DNA of 64,000 nt, taken from Microbacteriaceae bacterium. Its GTDB lineage: Bacteria; Actinomycetota; Actinomycetes; Actinomycetales; Microbacteriaceae. Of the stretch, positions 20,045 through 29,240 are shown piece by piece (the stretch's first letter is position 1; the number at the start of each line of letters is the position of its first letter). The position numbers and the translations under genes are program-made. The stretch is taken from positions 4,647 to 68,646 of the forward strand of contig JBFWWZ010000007.1 of the NCBI GenBank assembly GCA_050245915.1, written 5' to 3'. The notes below the pieces were generated by a model that did not search any database, was not told the DNA's origin, and worked only from the letters and a program-made list of their open reading frames with translations.

Positions 20045-20260
20045 ATGGACGTGGGAACCATCCACACGCTCGCCGCCGAGGCCGGCTCGGACGACCCGAT
20101 CGAGGCGCTGCGGGCGATCGAACGCCTCCGCCGCGAACTCGACCGGGTCGAGGCTGTGGCGGTGCGTCGCGCCCGCAACGCCAATGCATCCTGGCAGCTC
20201 ATCGCACTGGCCCTCGGCGTCAGCAGGCAGGCCGTGCACAAGAAATACGGAAGACGATGA
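20045..20260 (+). CDS. Small helix-turn-helix protein (71 aa), probably leaderless
   Basis: C-terminal HTH SWQLIALALGVSRQAVHKKYGRR. Start chosen at ATG 20045 because the ORF-track start (20009) lies inside the palindromes. The stop overlaps the ABC gene start (ATGA). Confidence 0.65.
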   Translation: MDVGTIHTLAAEAGSDDPIEALRAIERLRRELDRVEAVAVRRARNANASWQLIALALGVSRQAVHKKYGRR

Positions 20261-22068
20261 CCGACGCACGCACCACCCGCCGCAGCCCTTTCCGCCGCCC
20301 GGCGCCGAGCGACGGCCCCCGCGGCACGTTGCGTCAGCTGCTCCCCTACCTCGCCGACCACCGCGGGATGCTGGTCGCGGCCGTGGCGCTCAGCCTCGCC
20401 GGCGCCGCCGCGATGCTCGCCCAGCCGCTGCTGGTGAGTCAGCTGATCGAGATCGTCGAGAACGGGCGCCCGCTGACGGCCACCGTGGCCCTGCTGATCG
20501 GGCTCGTCGTGGCCGCCGCACTGCTCAACGGGGTGCAGCACTATCTGCTGCAGCGCACCGGCACCTCCGTGGTGCTCTCCGCCCGCCGCCGCCTGGTGGG
20601 GAGGCTGCTTCGGCTGCCGATCGCCGAGTTCGATCAGCGCCGCACCGGCGACCTGGTCTCCCGCGTCGGATCCGACACCACGCTGCTCTACGCGGTCATC
20701 ACCCAAGGACTCGTCGATGCGCTCGGCGGGGCCGTGGTGTTCGTCGGTGCGCTGATCGCGATGCTGCTCATCGATCCTGTGCTGCTCGGCCTCACCGTGC
20801 TGGTCATCGGCGTCTCGGTGGTGAGCGTGGTGCTGCTCTCGGGCCGCATCCGCGAGGCGAGCAAACAGCAGCAGGAGAAGGTGGGCGACCTGGCCGCGGC
20901 CGTGGAGCGGGTGATCGGCGCCGTGCGCACCGTGCGCGCCGCCAACGCGACCGAGCGGGAACTCGCCGCGGTGGAGGAGGATGCGCGCGGGGCGTGGCGC
21001 GCCGGGATCCGGGTGGCGCAGGTGTCGGCGCTGATCGTGCCGATCGCGGGCATCGCGCTGCAGGTGTCGCTGCTGGTGGTGCTCGGGGTCGGCGGCTTCC
21101 GGGTCGCGGCGGGCGCCCTCACGGTGGCGAACCTGGTGGCGTTCCTGCTGTTCCTCTTCATGCTGATCGGGCCGCTCGGCTCGGCGTTCGGGGCGATCAA
21201 CTCCGTCAACCAGGCGCTCGGCGCGCTCGGCCGCATCGAGGAGATCGCGTCGATCCCGGGCGAGGCGGAGGGCGATGCGGCGATCGAACCCGCGGCGCCG
21301 GTGCAGACGGATGCCGCGATCTCGTTCGAGGACGTGCGGTTCCGCTATCCGGCCCTCGCGGCGGAGCTCCACGACGACGCTCCGGACCGCGAGGTGCTGA
21401 AGGGCGTGAGCTTCGAGGTGCCGCGCGGGTCGCGGGTGGCGCTCGTCGGGCCGTCGGGCGCCGGCAAGAGCACGATCCTGTCGCTGATCGAGCGCTTCTA
21501 CGACCCGACCGGCGGCGTGGTGCGGCTGGGCGGCGTCGACGTCCGCGGTCTCGAGCGCGAGGCGCTGCGGGCCCAGCTCGGGTACGTCGAGCAGGATGCC
21601 CCGGTGCTGGCCGGCTCGCTGCGCCAGAACCTGACATTGGCCGCGCCCGACGCGACCGACGAGCAGTGCATCGCCGTGCTGCGCAGCGTCAACCTCGGCG
21701 AGGTGCTCGACCGGGACCCGGCGGGTCTGGACGCCGCGGTCGGGGAGGACGGCGTCATGCTCTCGGGCGGCGAACGTCAGCGCCTCGCGATCGCGCGCGC
21801 ATTGCTGGCGGCCCCGCCCATCCTGTTGCTCGACGAGGCGACCGCCTCGCTCGACGGGGTGAACGAGCAGCTGCTGCGGGAGGCGATCGACACGGTCGCC
21901 GAGGACCGCACCCTGCTGGTGATCGCGCACCGGCTCTCGACGGTGGTCGACAGCGATCGGATCGTGGTGCTCGATCACGGCGAGGTGGTCGGCATCGGCA
22001 CGCATTCGGAGCTGGTGAGGTCCACCCCGCTCTACAAGGAGCTGGCGAAGCACCAGCTGCTGGTCTGA
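20257..22068 (+). CDS. ABC exporter, fused permease/ATP-binding protein (MsbA/MdlB-like half transporter)
   Basis: 603 aa. Six-helix TMD followed by Walker A GPSGAGKST, signature LSGGERQRLAIARAL and Walker B ILLLDEATASLD. Confidence 0.92.
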   Translation: MTDARTTRRSPFRRPAPSDGPRGTLRQLLPYLADHRGMLVAAVALSLAGAAAMLAQPLLVSQLIEIVENGRPLTATVALLIGLVVAAALLNGVQHYLLQRTGTSVVLSARRRLVGRLLRLPIAEFDQRRTGDLVSRVGSDTTLLYAVITQGLVDALGGAVVFVGALIAMLLIDPVLLGLTVLVIGVSVVSVVLLSGRIREASKQQQEKVGDLAAAVERVIGAVRTVRAANATERELAAVEEDARGAWRAGIRVAQVSALIVPIAGIALQVSLLVVLGVGGFRVAAGALTVANLVAFLLFLFMLIGPLGSAFGAINSVNQALGALGRIEEIASIPGEAEGDAAIEPAAPVQTDAAISFEDVRFRYPALAAELHDDAPDREVLKGVSFEVPRGSRVALVGPSGAGKSTILSLIERFYDPTGGVVRLGGVDVRGLEREALRAQLGYVEQDAPVLAGSLRQNLTLAAPDATDEQCIAVLRSVNLGEVLDRDPAGLDAAVGEDGVMLSGGERQRLAIARALLAAPPILLLDEATASLDGVNEQLLREAIDTVAEDRTLLVIAHRLSTVVDSDRIVVLDHGEVVGIGTHSELVRSTPLYKELAKHQLLV

Positions 22069-22847
22069 TGGCGGGGCGCACCGGCGAGGCGGGCGCGTCC
22101 GTGCTGGAGCGCGCCTCCCGGCTGCTGGCGGCGCTGCCGGCGGATGGCGCCCCGGTGTCGCTGCGGGACCTCGCGGCGAGCGCGGGCCTGCCGGTGTCGA
22201 CCGCGCACCGCATCGCCGCCGAGCTGGTGCGGCTCGGTCAGCTCGACCGGGGCGGCGACGGACTCTACGTGGCGGGCACCCGGCTCTGGGAGCTGGGCGA
22301 GCGAGCGCCGATCGTGCGGCGCCTGCGCGAGGCGGCGAACCCGGAGCTCGTCGACCTCTATGACCGCACCGGCGAGAACGCGCACCTCGCGGTCCTGGTC
22401 ACCGGCGATGGGCAGGCCGGCGAGGTGCTGTACCTGGCGCGCGCGACGGGGGCGCGCGCGGTGCCGACCCTGGCGCGGGTGGGGGTGCGGCATCCGGTGC
22501 ATGGGACGGGCGTGGGACGGGCGATCCTGGCGGCGCTCCCGGATGCCGAGGCTGCCCCGCTGCTGCGTGCCCCGCTTGCGCAGGTGACGCCGTTCACGAT
22601 CGCCGACCCCGTGCGCCTCCGCGCCGAGCTCTCGGCGACCCGCGATCGCGGCTACGCGCTCACCCGCCAGGAGATGTCGCTCGGCAGCGCGTCGCTGGCG
22701 CTCTCGCTGGCGCCGCGCGCCGGGCTGCCGCCCGCCGCGATCGGCGTGGTGACGCATCTGGCGTCGGCCGACGAGAAGCGGCTGGTGCCGATGTTGCGGC
22801 GTGCGGCGGCGTCGATCGAGGCGCGGCTGGACGCGTGGGAGTCCTAA
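22068..22847 (+). CDS. IclR family transcriptional regulator
   Basis: 259 aa with wHTH SLRDLAASAGLPVSTAHRIAAELVRLG and an IclR effector domain. Its ATG shares one base with the ABC gene TGA. It lies just upstream of pcaH. Confidence 0.88.
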   Translation: MAGRTGEAGASVLERASRLLAALPADGAPVSLRDLAASAGLPVSTAHRIAAELVRLGQLDRGGDGLYVAGTRLWELGERAPIVRRLREAANPELVDLYDRTGENAHLAVLVTGDGQAGEVLYLARATGARAVPTLARVGVRHPVHGTGVGRAILAALPDAEAAPLLRAPLAQVTPFTIADPVRLRAELSATRDRGYALTRQEMSLGSASLALSLAPRAGLPPAAIGVVTHLASADEKRLVPMLRRAAASIEARLDAWES

Positions 22848-22915
22848 GCCCGGAGAATCCCACTGAGTGAGACGGTTCGATTGGGCGCCGAACAGGCTCC
22901 CATGAGGCTGGACGC

Positions 22916-23677
22916 ATGCCCACGCAAGACGACATCTCCGCGGAGATCTCCGCCATCCGAGCGAACCCGCTCCCCCGCGACCCGAACTGGGCGCCGCACC
23001 GCCCGGACACGGGCTTCGACCCGTACCGGTCGAGCCTGCTGCGGCATCCCACGAAGGCGCTCGAGCTCGCCGACCCCGAGACGATCGAGCTCACCAGCCC
23101 CGCGTTCGGCCCCCGCGATGTGGGCGAGGCCGAGAGCGACCTCACCACCATGTCGACGGGTGAGCCGCTCGGCGAGCGGATGGTGGTCGAGGGCTGCCTG
23201 CTCGACGGGGACGGGCGCCCGGTGCGGAACCAGCTGATCGAGGTGTGGCAGGCGAACGCGGCCGGGCGGTACCGCCACAAGCGGGACCGGCATCCCGCAC
23301 CGCTCGACCCGCACTTCACGGGCGCCGGGCGGATGCTCACCGACGACGAGGGCCGCTACCGGTTCACCACGATCAAGCCGGGCGCCTACCCGTGGCGCAA
23401 CCACGAGAACGCGTGGCGCCCCGCGCACATCCACTTCTCGGTGTTCGGCGAGGCGTTCACGCAGCGGCTGGTCACGCAGATGTACTTCCCCGGCGACCCG
23501 CTGATGCCGCTCGACCCGATCTTCCAGTCCATCCCGGATCAGCGCGCGCGCGACGGGCTGATCGCGGCATACGACCACGAACTCACCAGCCCCGAGTGGG
23601 CGCTGGGCTACCGTTGGGACATCGTCCTCACCGGGTCGCGGCGGACGTGGATCGAGCCGGAGGAGGGCGACGAATGA
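22916..23677 (+). CDS. pcaH: Protocatechuate 3,4-dioxygenase beta subunit
   Basis: 253 aa. Intradiol dioxygenase motifs IEVWQANAAGRYRH and WRPAHIHFSVFG. Confidence 0.92.
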   Translation: MPTQDDISAEISAIRANPLPRDPNWAPHRPDTGFDPYRSSLLRHPTKALELADPETIELTSPAFGPRDVGEAESDLTTMSTGEPLGERMVVEGCLLDGDGRPVRNQLIEVWQANAAGRYRHKRDRHPAPLDPHFTGAGRMLTDDEGRYRFTTIKPGAYPWRNHENAWRPAHIHFSVFGEAFTQRLVTQMYFPGDPLMPLDPIFQSIPDQRARDGLIAAYDHELTSPEWALGYRWDIVLTGSRRTWIEPEEGDE

Positions 23678-24192
23678 ACCCCGGACTCCTGCCCACCGCC
23701 GATCAGACGGTCGGCCCGTTCTTCCGCGACGGACTCGTCTACCCGGGCGACCGGCACCTCGTCGCCGCCGGGACGCCCGGCGCGATCGTGCTCGACGGAC
23801 GCGTGCTCGACGGCGCGGGCGACCCCGTGCCGGACGCGCTGATCGAGATCTGGCAGCCCGACGCATCCGGGGCCATCGTGACCGAGCACGGCAGCCGCGC
23901 ACGGCGCGCCGGCAGCTTCAGCGGCTTCGGCCGCTGCGAGACCGACCCCGAGGGGTGGTACGCGTTCACGACCATCGAGCCCGCCGGGTTCTTCGCCGTG
24001 AAGGTGTTCGCACGCGGGCTGCTCGCCGTGCTCGACACGCGCATCTACCTGCCCGGCGCGAGCGACCCGCTGCTCGAGAGTCTCGACCCCGACCGGCGTG
24101 CGACGCTGATCGCGACGCGCACCGAGGCGGGACTGCGGCACGACATCCGCCTGCAGGGTGACGACGAGACGGTGTTCCTTGCCTTCCGCTGA
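23674..24192 (+). CDS. pcaG: Protocatechuate 3,4-dioxygenase alpha subunit
   Basis: 172 aa with QTVGPFF near the N-terminus and IEIWQPDASG. 4-nt overlap with pcaH. Confidence 0.9.
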   Translation: MNPGLLPTADQTVGPFFRDGLVYPGDRHLVAAGTPGAIVLDGRVLDGAGDPVPDALIEIWQPDASGAIVTEHGSRARRAGSFSGFGRCETDPEGWYAFTTIEPAGFFAVKVFARGLLAVLDTRIYLPGASDPLLESLDPDRRATLIATRTEAGLRHDIRLQGDDETVFLAFR

Positions 24193-25366
24193 CGACGCCG
24201 ACGTCGGCCTGCTCTCGCCCGGCTGGGCGGGGCGGCCGGTGGCGACCGCGACCGGCGACCGGGCGGTGCTCGCCGGGATCGTGCTGTTCGAGGTGGCGCT
24301 CGCCACGGTGACCGCGCCGGCGGGCGTTCCGCAGCGGATCCTCGAGGCCTCGCACGACATCGACCCGCTCGACCTGCTCGATGACGCTCGCGCCGACGGG
24401 AACCCGGTGATCCCGCTGCTCGCGCTGCTGCGCTCGCGGCTGGGCTCCGACGACGCCGCCTGGCTGCACCGCGGGGCGACCAGCCAGGACGCCCTCGACA
24501 CCGGCCTCGTGCTGGTGAGCCGGGATGCCGCCGGCCTGATCACCGCGGATGCCGCGTCGGCCGCCGCGCGGCTCTGCGACCTCGCCGACGAGCACCGCGG
24601 CACGGTGATGGCCGGCCGCACGCTGACGCAGCACAGCACCCCGATCACGCTGGGGCAGAAGCTCGCGGGCTGGGCGTACGGGATCGCGCGGGCGACCGCC
24701 GCGGTGCGCACCGCATCCGCCGCGTTGCCCCTGCAGTTCGGCGGCGCATCGGGCACGCTCGCGGCGACGGTGGCGAGCGGGGGCGACGCCCTCGCGGTCG
24801 CCGACGCGCTCGGCGCCGAACTCGGCCTGCGGGTGCCGCCCGCGCCCTGGCACGTGCACCGGAGCCCGCTGACCCGCTTCGCCGACGCGCTCACCGAGCT
24901 CGCCGACGCGTTCGGCACGGTCGGGGCGAACGTCGCCGTCCTCGCCCGAACCGAGATCGGCGAGCTGGACGACGGCGCCGGCGGGGGCTCGAGCGCGATG
25001 CCGCACAAGAGCAACCCGGTGAGCGCGATCCTGCTGAACGCCGCCGCGCGGCAGGCCCCGCACCTGGCGGCGCAGCTGCACGCCGCCACCGTCGACGAAC
25101 GTCCCGACGGCAGCTGGCACGCGGAATGGCAGCCTCTGCGCGTGTTGCTGCGCGTCGTGGGCGGTGCCGCAGCGACGGGCCGCGAACTCGCGGAGAAGCT
25201 GCGCGTGCACCCCGACGCCATCGCCGCCCACGTCGCCGTGTCGTCGGCGGACCTGCTGAGCGAGTCGCAGCGTTTCGGCGGAGCGAGCACCCCGCAGGAG
25301 TACCTGGGCGTGTCGGATGCGTTCACGACGCGGCTGATCGCGGCGGCGCGGGAGGAGCTGGGATGA
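24158..25366 (+). CDS. pcaB: 3-carboxy-cis,cis-muconate cycloisomerase
   Basis: Fumarate-lyase superfamily signature GSSAMPHKSNPV. The start is uncertain: GTG 24158, TTG 24179 and CTG 24209 are all in frame. Confidence 0.88.
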   Translation: MTTRRCSLPSADDADVGLLSPGWAGRPVATATGDRAVLAGIVLFEVALATVTAPAGVPQRILEASHDIDPLDLLDDARADGNPVIPLLALLRSRLGSDDAAWLHRGATSQDALDTGLVLVSRDAAGLITADAASAAARLCDLADEHRGTVMAGRTLTQHSTPITLGQKLAGWAYGIARATAAVRTASAALPLQFGGASGTLAATVASGGDALAVADALGAELGLRVPPAPWHVHRSPLTRFADALTELADAFGTVGANVAVLARTEIGELDDGAGGGSSAMPHKSNPVSAILLNAAARQAPHLAAQLHAATVDERPDGSWHAEWQPLRVLLRVVGGAAATGRELAEKLRVHPDAIAAHVAVSSADLLSESQRFGGASTPQEYLGVSDAFTTRLIAAAREELG

Positions 25367-26142
25367 TCCCGGTCATCGTGGCGACGCAGTCGCCGGTGGA
25401 CGGCGGGCACGATGGTGCCCTGCCGCTGGTGCTCGGGCCGAGTCTCGGCACGACGACCGCGGTGTGGGATCGCGCTCGTCCGCTGCTGACCTCATCGCAT
25501 CCGGTGCTGGCCTGGGACCTGCCGGGGCACGGCGCCTCGCCCGCGACGACGGAGCCGTTCACGATGGCGGAACTGGCGGAGGGTGTGCTTCGCGCTGTCG
25601 ACGCGGCGGGCATCGGGAGGTTCGGCTACGCCGGCATCTCGCTCGGCGGGGTGGTGGGGCTGCAGCTCGCCCTCGATCACCCGCACCGGGTCTCCCGGGT
25701 GGCGATCATCGCGTCGCTGCCGAAGATCGGGACGCGGGAGGGCTGGCTGCAGCGCTCGGCGGATGTCCGGGCGATGGGGACCCCGTCGCTGGTGACGGCG
25801 ACGGCGGGTCGCTGGTTCACCCCCGGGTTCCTGGACCGCGAGCGCGACGTGAGTGCGCGCGTGCTGCACGAGCTGCTGGACGTCGACGACGAGAGCTACG
25901 CGCTGTGCGTCGACGCGCTCCGCGAGACGGACCTGCGCGAGAGACTGCGGGGGCTGGCGGTTCCGTTCACGCTGATCGCGGGCGACTCCGATCCCGTGAT
26001 CCCGGTGGACGACGCGCGGGCCGCCGTGGACAGCGCGCCCGACGGCACGCTGCACGTCGTGGCGGAGGCCAGCCACCTGGTCGCGGTCGAGCACCCGGCG
26101 GAGGTCGCCGGCATCCTGGTGACGGAGATGGGCACACCATGA
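25363..26142 (+). CDS. pcaD: 3-oxoadipate enol-lactonase (alpha/beta hydrolase)
   Basis: 259 aa with DLPGHGAS and the nucleophile elbow GISLGG, in pca context. 4-nt overlap with pcaB. Confidence 0.85.
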   Translation: MIPVIVATQSPVDGGHDGALPLVLGPSLGTTTAVWDRARPLLTSSHPVLAWDLPGHGASPATTEPFTMAELAEGVLRAVDAAGIGRFGYAGISLGGVVGLQLALDHPHRVSRVAIIASLPKIGTREGWLQRSADVRAMGTPSLVTATAGRWFTPGFLDRERDVSARVLHELLDVDDESYALCVDALRETDLRERLRGLAVPFTLIAGDSDPVIPVDDARAAVDSAPDGTLHVVAEASHLVAVEHPAEVAGILVTEMGTP

Positions 26143-26510
26143 ACGACGACGAACGCCGGGAGCAGGGCATGAGGGTGCGCCGCGAGGTGCTGGGCGACGA
26201 GCACGTCGACCGCGCCACCGCCGCGATCACCCCCGACACCGCCGACTTCCAGGAGTATGTGACCCGCGTCGCCTGGGGCGACATCTGGTCGCGGCCGGGG
26301 CTCGACCGCCGGGCGCGCAGCATCGTGGTGCTCAGTGCGCTGATGAGCCAGGGGTTCTGGGATGAGGTGCCGATGCACCTGCGCGCGGCGCTCCGAAACG
26401 GGCTCACCCGCGAGGAGCTGCGGGAGATCATCCTGCAGGTGGGGCTCTACGCGGGGGTGCCCGCGGCGAACCACGGCATCGGGCTGCTGCGCGACCTCGA
26501 TTCCGAGTAG
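26139..26510 (+). CDS. pcaC: 4-carboxymuconolactone decarboxylase
   Basis: 123 aa, carboxymuconolactone decarboxylase (AhpD-like) family layout. 4-nt overlap with pcaD. Confidence 0.85.
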   Translation: MNDDERREQGMRVRREVLGDEHVDRATAAITPDTADFQEYVTRVAWGDIWSRPGLDRRARSIVVLSALMSQGFWDEVPMHLRAALRNGLTREELREIILQVGLYAGVPAANHGIGLLRDLDSE

Positions 26511-26515
26511 GCGCG

Positions 26516-27280
26516 GTGGCCAATTCCCGGTCGGGCGACTCGGTCGTCGAGCGCGTCACGCGGGTGCTCGACAGTTTCGAGAGCGAGCGGGTGTCGCAGA
26601 CCCCGGCGCAGATCGCCCGTCGCACCGGCCTCCCCCGTTCGACGGCCCATCGGCTGGTGACGGAGCTGGTCGGGCAGGGCCTGCTCGAACGGGACGACGA
26701 GGGCCGGGTGCGCATCGGCATGCGCCTGTGGGAGCTCACGACGCGCGGCTCGCATGCCCTGCGACTGCGGCAGGTCGCGCTGCCGTTCATGGAGGAGGTG
26801 CAGGCCGCCGTGCGCGAGCACACCCAGCTCGGGGTGCGGGAGCAGGACGAGGTGCTCTTCCTGGAGCGCCTGTCTGCGCGGGATGCGGGAGCCAACATCA
26901 CCCGGATCGCGGGTCGCCTGCCGCTGCACGCGTCGTCGTCCGGGCTGGTGCTGCTCGCATTCGCGCCGGCCGCGGTGCAGGAGCGCTACCTGGCGGGTCC
27001 GCTCGGTCCGGTCTCCCCCGAGACGATCACCGACCCGGCGGCGCTGCGGCGCAAGCTGTCGGAGGTGCGCCGGCTCGGCTTCTCGTTCGCACCCGGCTAC
27101 ATCGAGACGGTGTCGACGGGGATCGCCGTGCCGGTGAGCGACGCCTCGGGCGTGGTGGCGGCGCTGTCGGTGGTGATCCCGCGGCGCGACGATGTCCCGG
27201 AGGCCGTGGTCGGCATCCTGCGCTCGGCGGCTGCGGGCATCGGCGCGGCGCTCTCGGCGTCGCCTTTCGCGTCCCATTGA
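26516..27280 (+). CDS. IclR family transcriptional regulator (PcaR/PobR-like)
   Basis: 254 aa with wHTH TPAQIARRTGLPRSTAHRLVTELVGQG. It sits between pcaC and pobA. GTG start. Confidence 0.88.
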   Translation: MANSRSGDSVVERVTRVLDSFESERVSQTPAQIARRTGLPRSTAHRLVTELVGQGLLERDDEGRVRIGMRLWELTTRGSHALRLRQVALPFMEEVQAAVREHTQLGVREQDEVLFLERLSARDAGANITRIAGRLPLHASSSGLVLLAFAPAAVQERYLAGPLGPVSPETITDPAALRRKLSEVRRLGFSFAPGYIETVSTGIAVPVSDASGVVAALSVVIPRRDDVPEAVVGILRSAAAGIGAALSASPFASH

Positions 27281-27329
27281 ACGGGACATTCGCACCGAGG
27301 CTGCCACGGCATCCCGACACTGGGGTCTC

Positions 27330-28529
27330 ATGACGAAGACGTTGAAGACCCGGGTCGGCATCGTCGGCGCCGGGCCGGCCGGGCTGTTCCTGTCTCACCT
27401 GCTGCACCGCGCGGGCATCGAGTCGATCGTGGTCGACGGCCGGTCGCGGGACGAGATCGAGTCGACGATCCGGGCCGGCATCCTCGAGCAGGGCACCGTC
27501 GAGGCACTGTCCCAGACGGGGGCCTCCGACCGGGTGCTCTCGACGGGGCACCGCCACGACGGCATCGAGCTGCGCTTCGGCGACTCCGGCGGGGCGCACG
27601 AGGGGCACCGCATCGACTTCGCCGATCTGGTCGGCCGGGCCGTCTGGCTCTACCCGCAGCACGAGGTGCTGAAGGACCTGATCGCCCGGCGTCTCGCCGA
27701 CGGCGGCGACCTGCGGTTCGGCTGGACCGCGGCCGGGGTTCAGGATGCCGGGAGCGGCACCCCGCGGATCACCGGCACCGCCGACGACGGCGAGCCGTTC
27801 GAGCTGGTCGCGGATTTCGTGGTCGGCGCGGACGGGTCGCGCAGCGTCGCGCGCGAGGCGGTGACGGGGTCGCCGACGGGCGGCCATTTCCGGGAGTACC
27901 CGTTCGCCTGGTTCGGGATCCTCTGCGAGGCCCCGCCGAGCGCGCCCGAGCTGATCTACAGCGCCTCGGAGGACGGCTTCGCGCTGATCAGCCAGCGGAG
28001 CGCCACCGTGCAGCGGATGTACCTGCAGTGCGATCCCGAGCTGGATCCCCAGGCGATGAGCGACGCCGAGATCTGGGACGGACTGCAGGCGCGGGTGGGC
28101 GGCGGGCTGATCGAGGGGCCGATCTTTCAGCGCGATGTGCTGCGGTTCCGCAGCTTCGTGGCGTACGAGCTGCAGAAGGGGAATGTGGCGCTCGTGGGCG
28201 ACGCGGCACACACCGTTCCGCCGACGGGGGCGAAGGGCATGAACCTCGCGATCGCCGATGTGCTGCTGCTGAATCGGGCGCTGCAGGCGCTGTTCGCCGA
28301 CGGCGACCGCGCCCTGGTCGATGCGTACGCGCCGACCGCCCTCGACCGCATCTGGCGCGCCCAGCACTTCTCCTGGTGGATGACCAGCATGCTGCACGCG
28401 TCTCCCGCCGACACGGAGTTCGACAGGCTGCGGCGGTTCGGCGAGCTGGGCTCGGTGGTGCGTTCGCGCGGGGGCAGCACCTATCTCGCCGAGGCGTACA
28501 CCGGGTGGCCGCTGGACGCGGAGTGGTAG
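27330..28529 (+). CDS. pobA: 4-hydroxybenzoate 3-monooxygenase
   Basis: 399 aa with the FAD fold VGIVGAGPAGLFLSHLL and GDAAHTVPPTGAKGMNLA. Length and layout match PHBH. Confidence 0.92.
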   Translation: MTKTLKTRVGIVGAGPAGLFLSHLLHRAGIESIVVDGRSRDEIESTIRAGILEQGTVEALSQTGASDRVLSTGHRHDGIELRFGDSGGAHEGHRIDFADLVGRAVWLYPQHEVLKDLIARRLADGGDLRFGWTAAGVQDAGSGTPRITGTADDGEPFELVADFVVGADGSRSVAREAVTGSPTGGHFREYPFAWFGILCEAPPSAPELIYSASEDGFALISQRSATVQRMYLQCDPELDPQAMSDAEIWDGLQARVGGGLIEGPIFQRDVLRFRSFVAYELQKGNVALVGDAAHTVPPTGAKGMNLAIADVLLLNRALQALFADGDRALVDAYAPTALDRIWRAQHFSWWMTSMLHASPADTEFDRLRRFGELGSVVRSRGGSTYLAEAYTGWPLDAEW

Positions 28530-28559
28530 TATCGCTATAAGAACATCTGTTCGTATCGC
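28530..28559. promoter_or_regulatory. AT-rich operator/promoter candidate upstream of pcaIJF
   Basis: TATCGC-TATAA-GAACATCTGTTC-G-TATCGC. A perfect palindrome GAACA-TC-TGTTC (28541-28552) is flanked by direct TATCGC repeats. A TATAAG -10-like hexamer lies at 28536-28541, and GGAG lies 5 nt before ATG 28578. Confidence 0.45.
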
Positions 28560-28577
28560 GAACTTTTCGGAGCACTC

Positions 28578-29240
28578 ATGCGCAACAAGGTCGTCGCCGG
28601 TCCCGCGGCCGCGGTGGACGGCGTCGCCGACGGCTCGACCGTGCTCATCGGCGGCTTCGGCCTCGCCGGGCAGCCGCTCGCCCTCATCGACGCACTGCTC
28701 GAGCAGGGCGCCCGCGACCTCACGATCGTCAGCAACAACGCCGGCAACGCCGACTTCGGCATCGCCCGGCTGCTCGCCAACGGACGGGTGCACAAGGTCG
28801 TGTGCTCCTTCCCCCGGCAGAGCGACTCCTACGTGTTCGACGAGCTCTACCGCGCAGGGAAAGTCGAGCTCGAGGTCGTGCCGCAGGGCAACCTGGCCGA
28901 GCGGATCCGCGCCGGCGGCGCCGGCATCGGCGGGTTCTTCACCCCGACCGGCGCAGGCACCCTGCTGGCCGAAGGCAAGGAGACCCGGGTCATCGACGGA
29001 CGCACCTACGTGCTCGAATCGCCGATCCGGGGAGACGTCGCCCTCATCGGGGCGTACCGCGGCGACCCGTACGGCAACCTGGTGTTCCGCAAGACCAGCC
29101 GCAACTTCAACCCGATGATGGCGACCGCCGCCACGCTCACCATCGCCTCGGTGCACGAGGTGGTCCCGGTCGGCGCGCTCGATCCCGAAGCCGTCGTCAC
29201 CCCCGGCATCTTCGTCGACAGAGTGGTGGCACTACAGTGA
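28578..29240 (+). CDS. pcaI: 3-oxoadipate CoA-transferase subunit A
   Basis: 220 aa, family I CoA-transferase A subunit (VLIGGFGLAGQP), in pca context. Confidence 0.9.
   Translation: MRNKVVAGPAAAVDGVADGSTVLIGGFGLAGQPLALIDALLEQGARDLTIVSNNAGNADFGIARLLANGRVHKVVCSFPRQSDSYVFDELYRAGKVELEVVPQGNLAERIRAGGAGIGGFFTPTGAGTLLAEGKETRVIDGRTYVLESPIRGDVALIGAYRGDPYGNLVFRKTSRNFNPMMATAATLTIASVHEVVPVGALDPEAVVTPGIFVDRVVALQ

Noticed and set aside
19999-22053. 684-aa minus-strand ORF antisense to the ABC exporter
   Set aside because: Its composition is dominated by R, G, A, H and D, and it has no motifs. The plus-strand gene has complete Walker A, signature and Walker B motifs.
27027-29156. 709-aa minus-strand ORF across IclR, pobA and pcaI
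   Set aside because: It is antisense to three well-supported genes, crosses their intergenic regions, and has junk-like composition.
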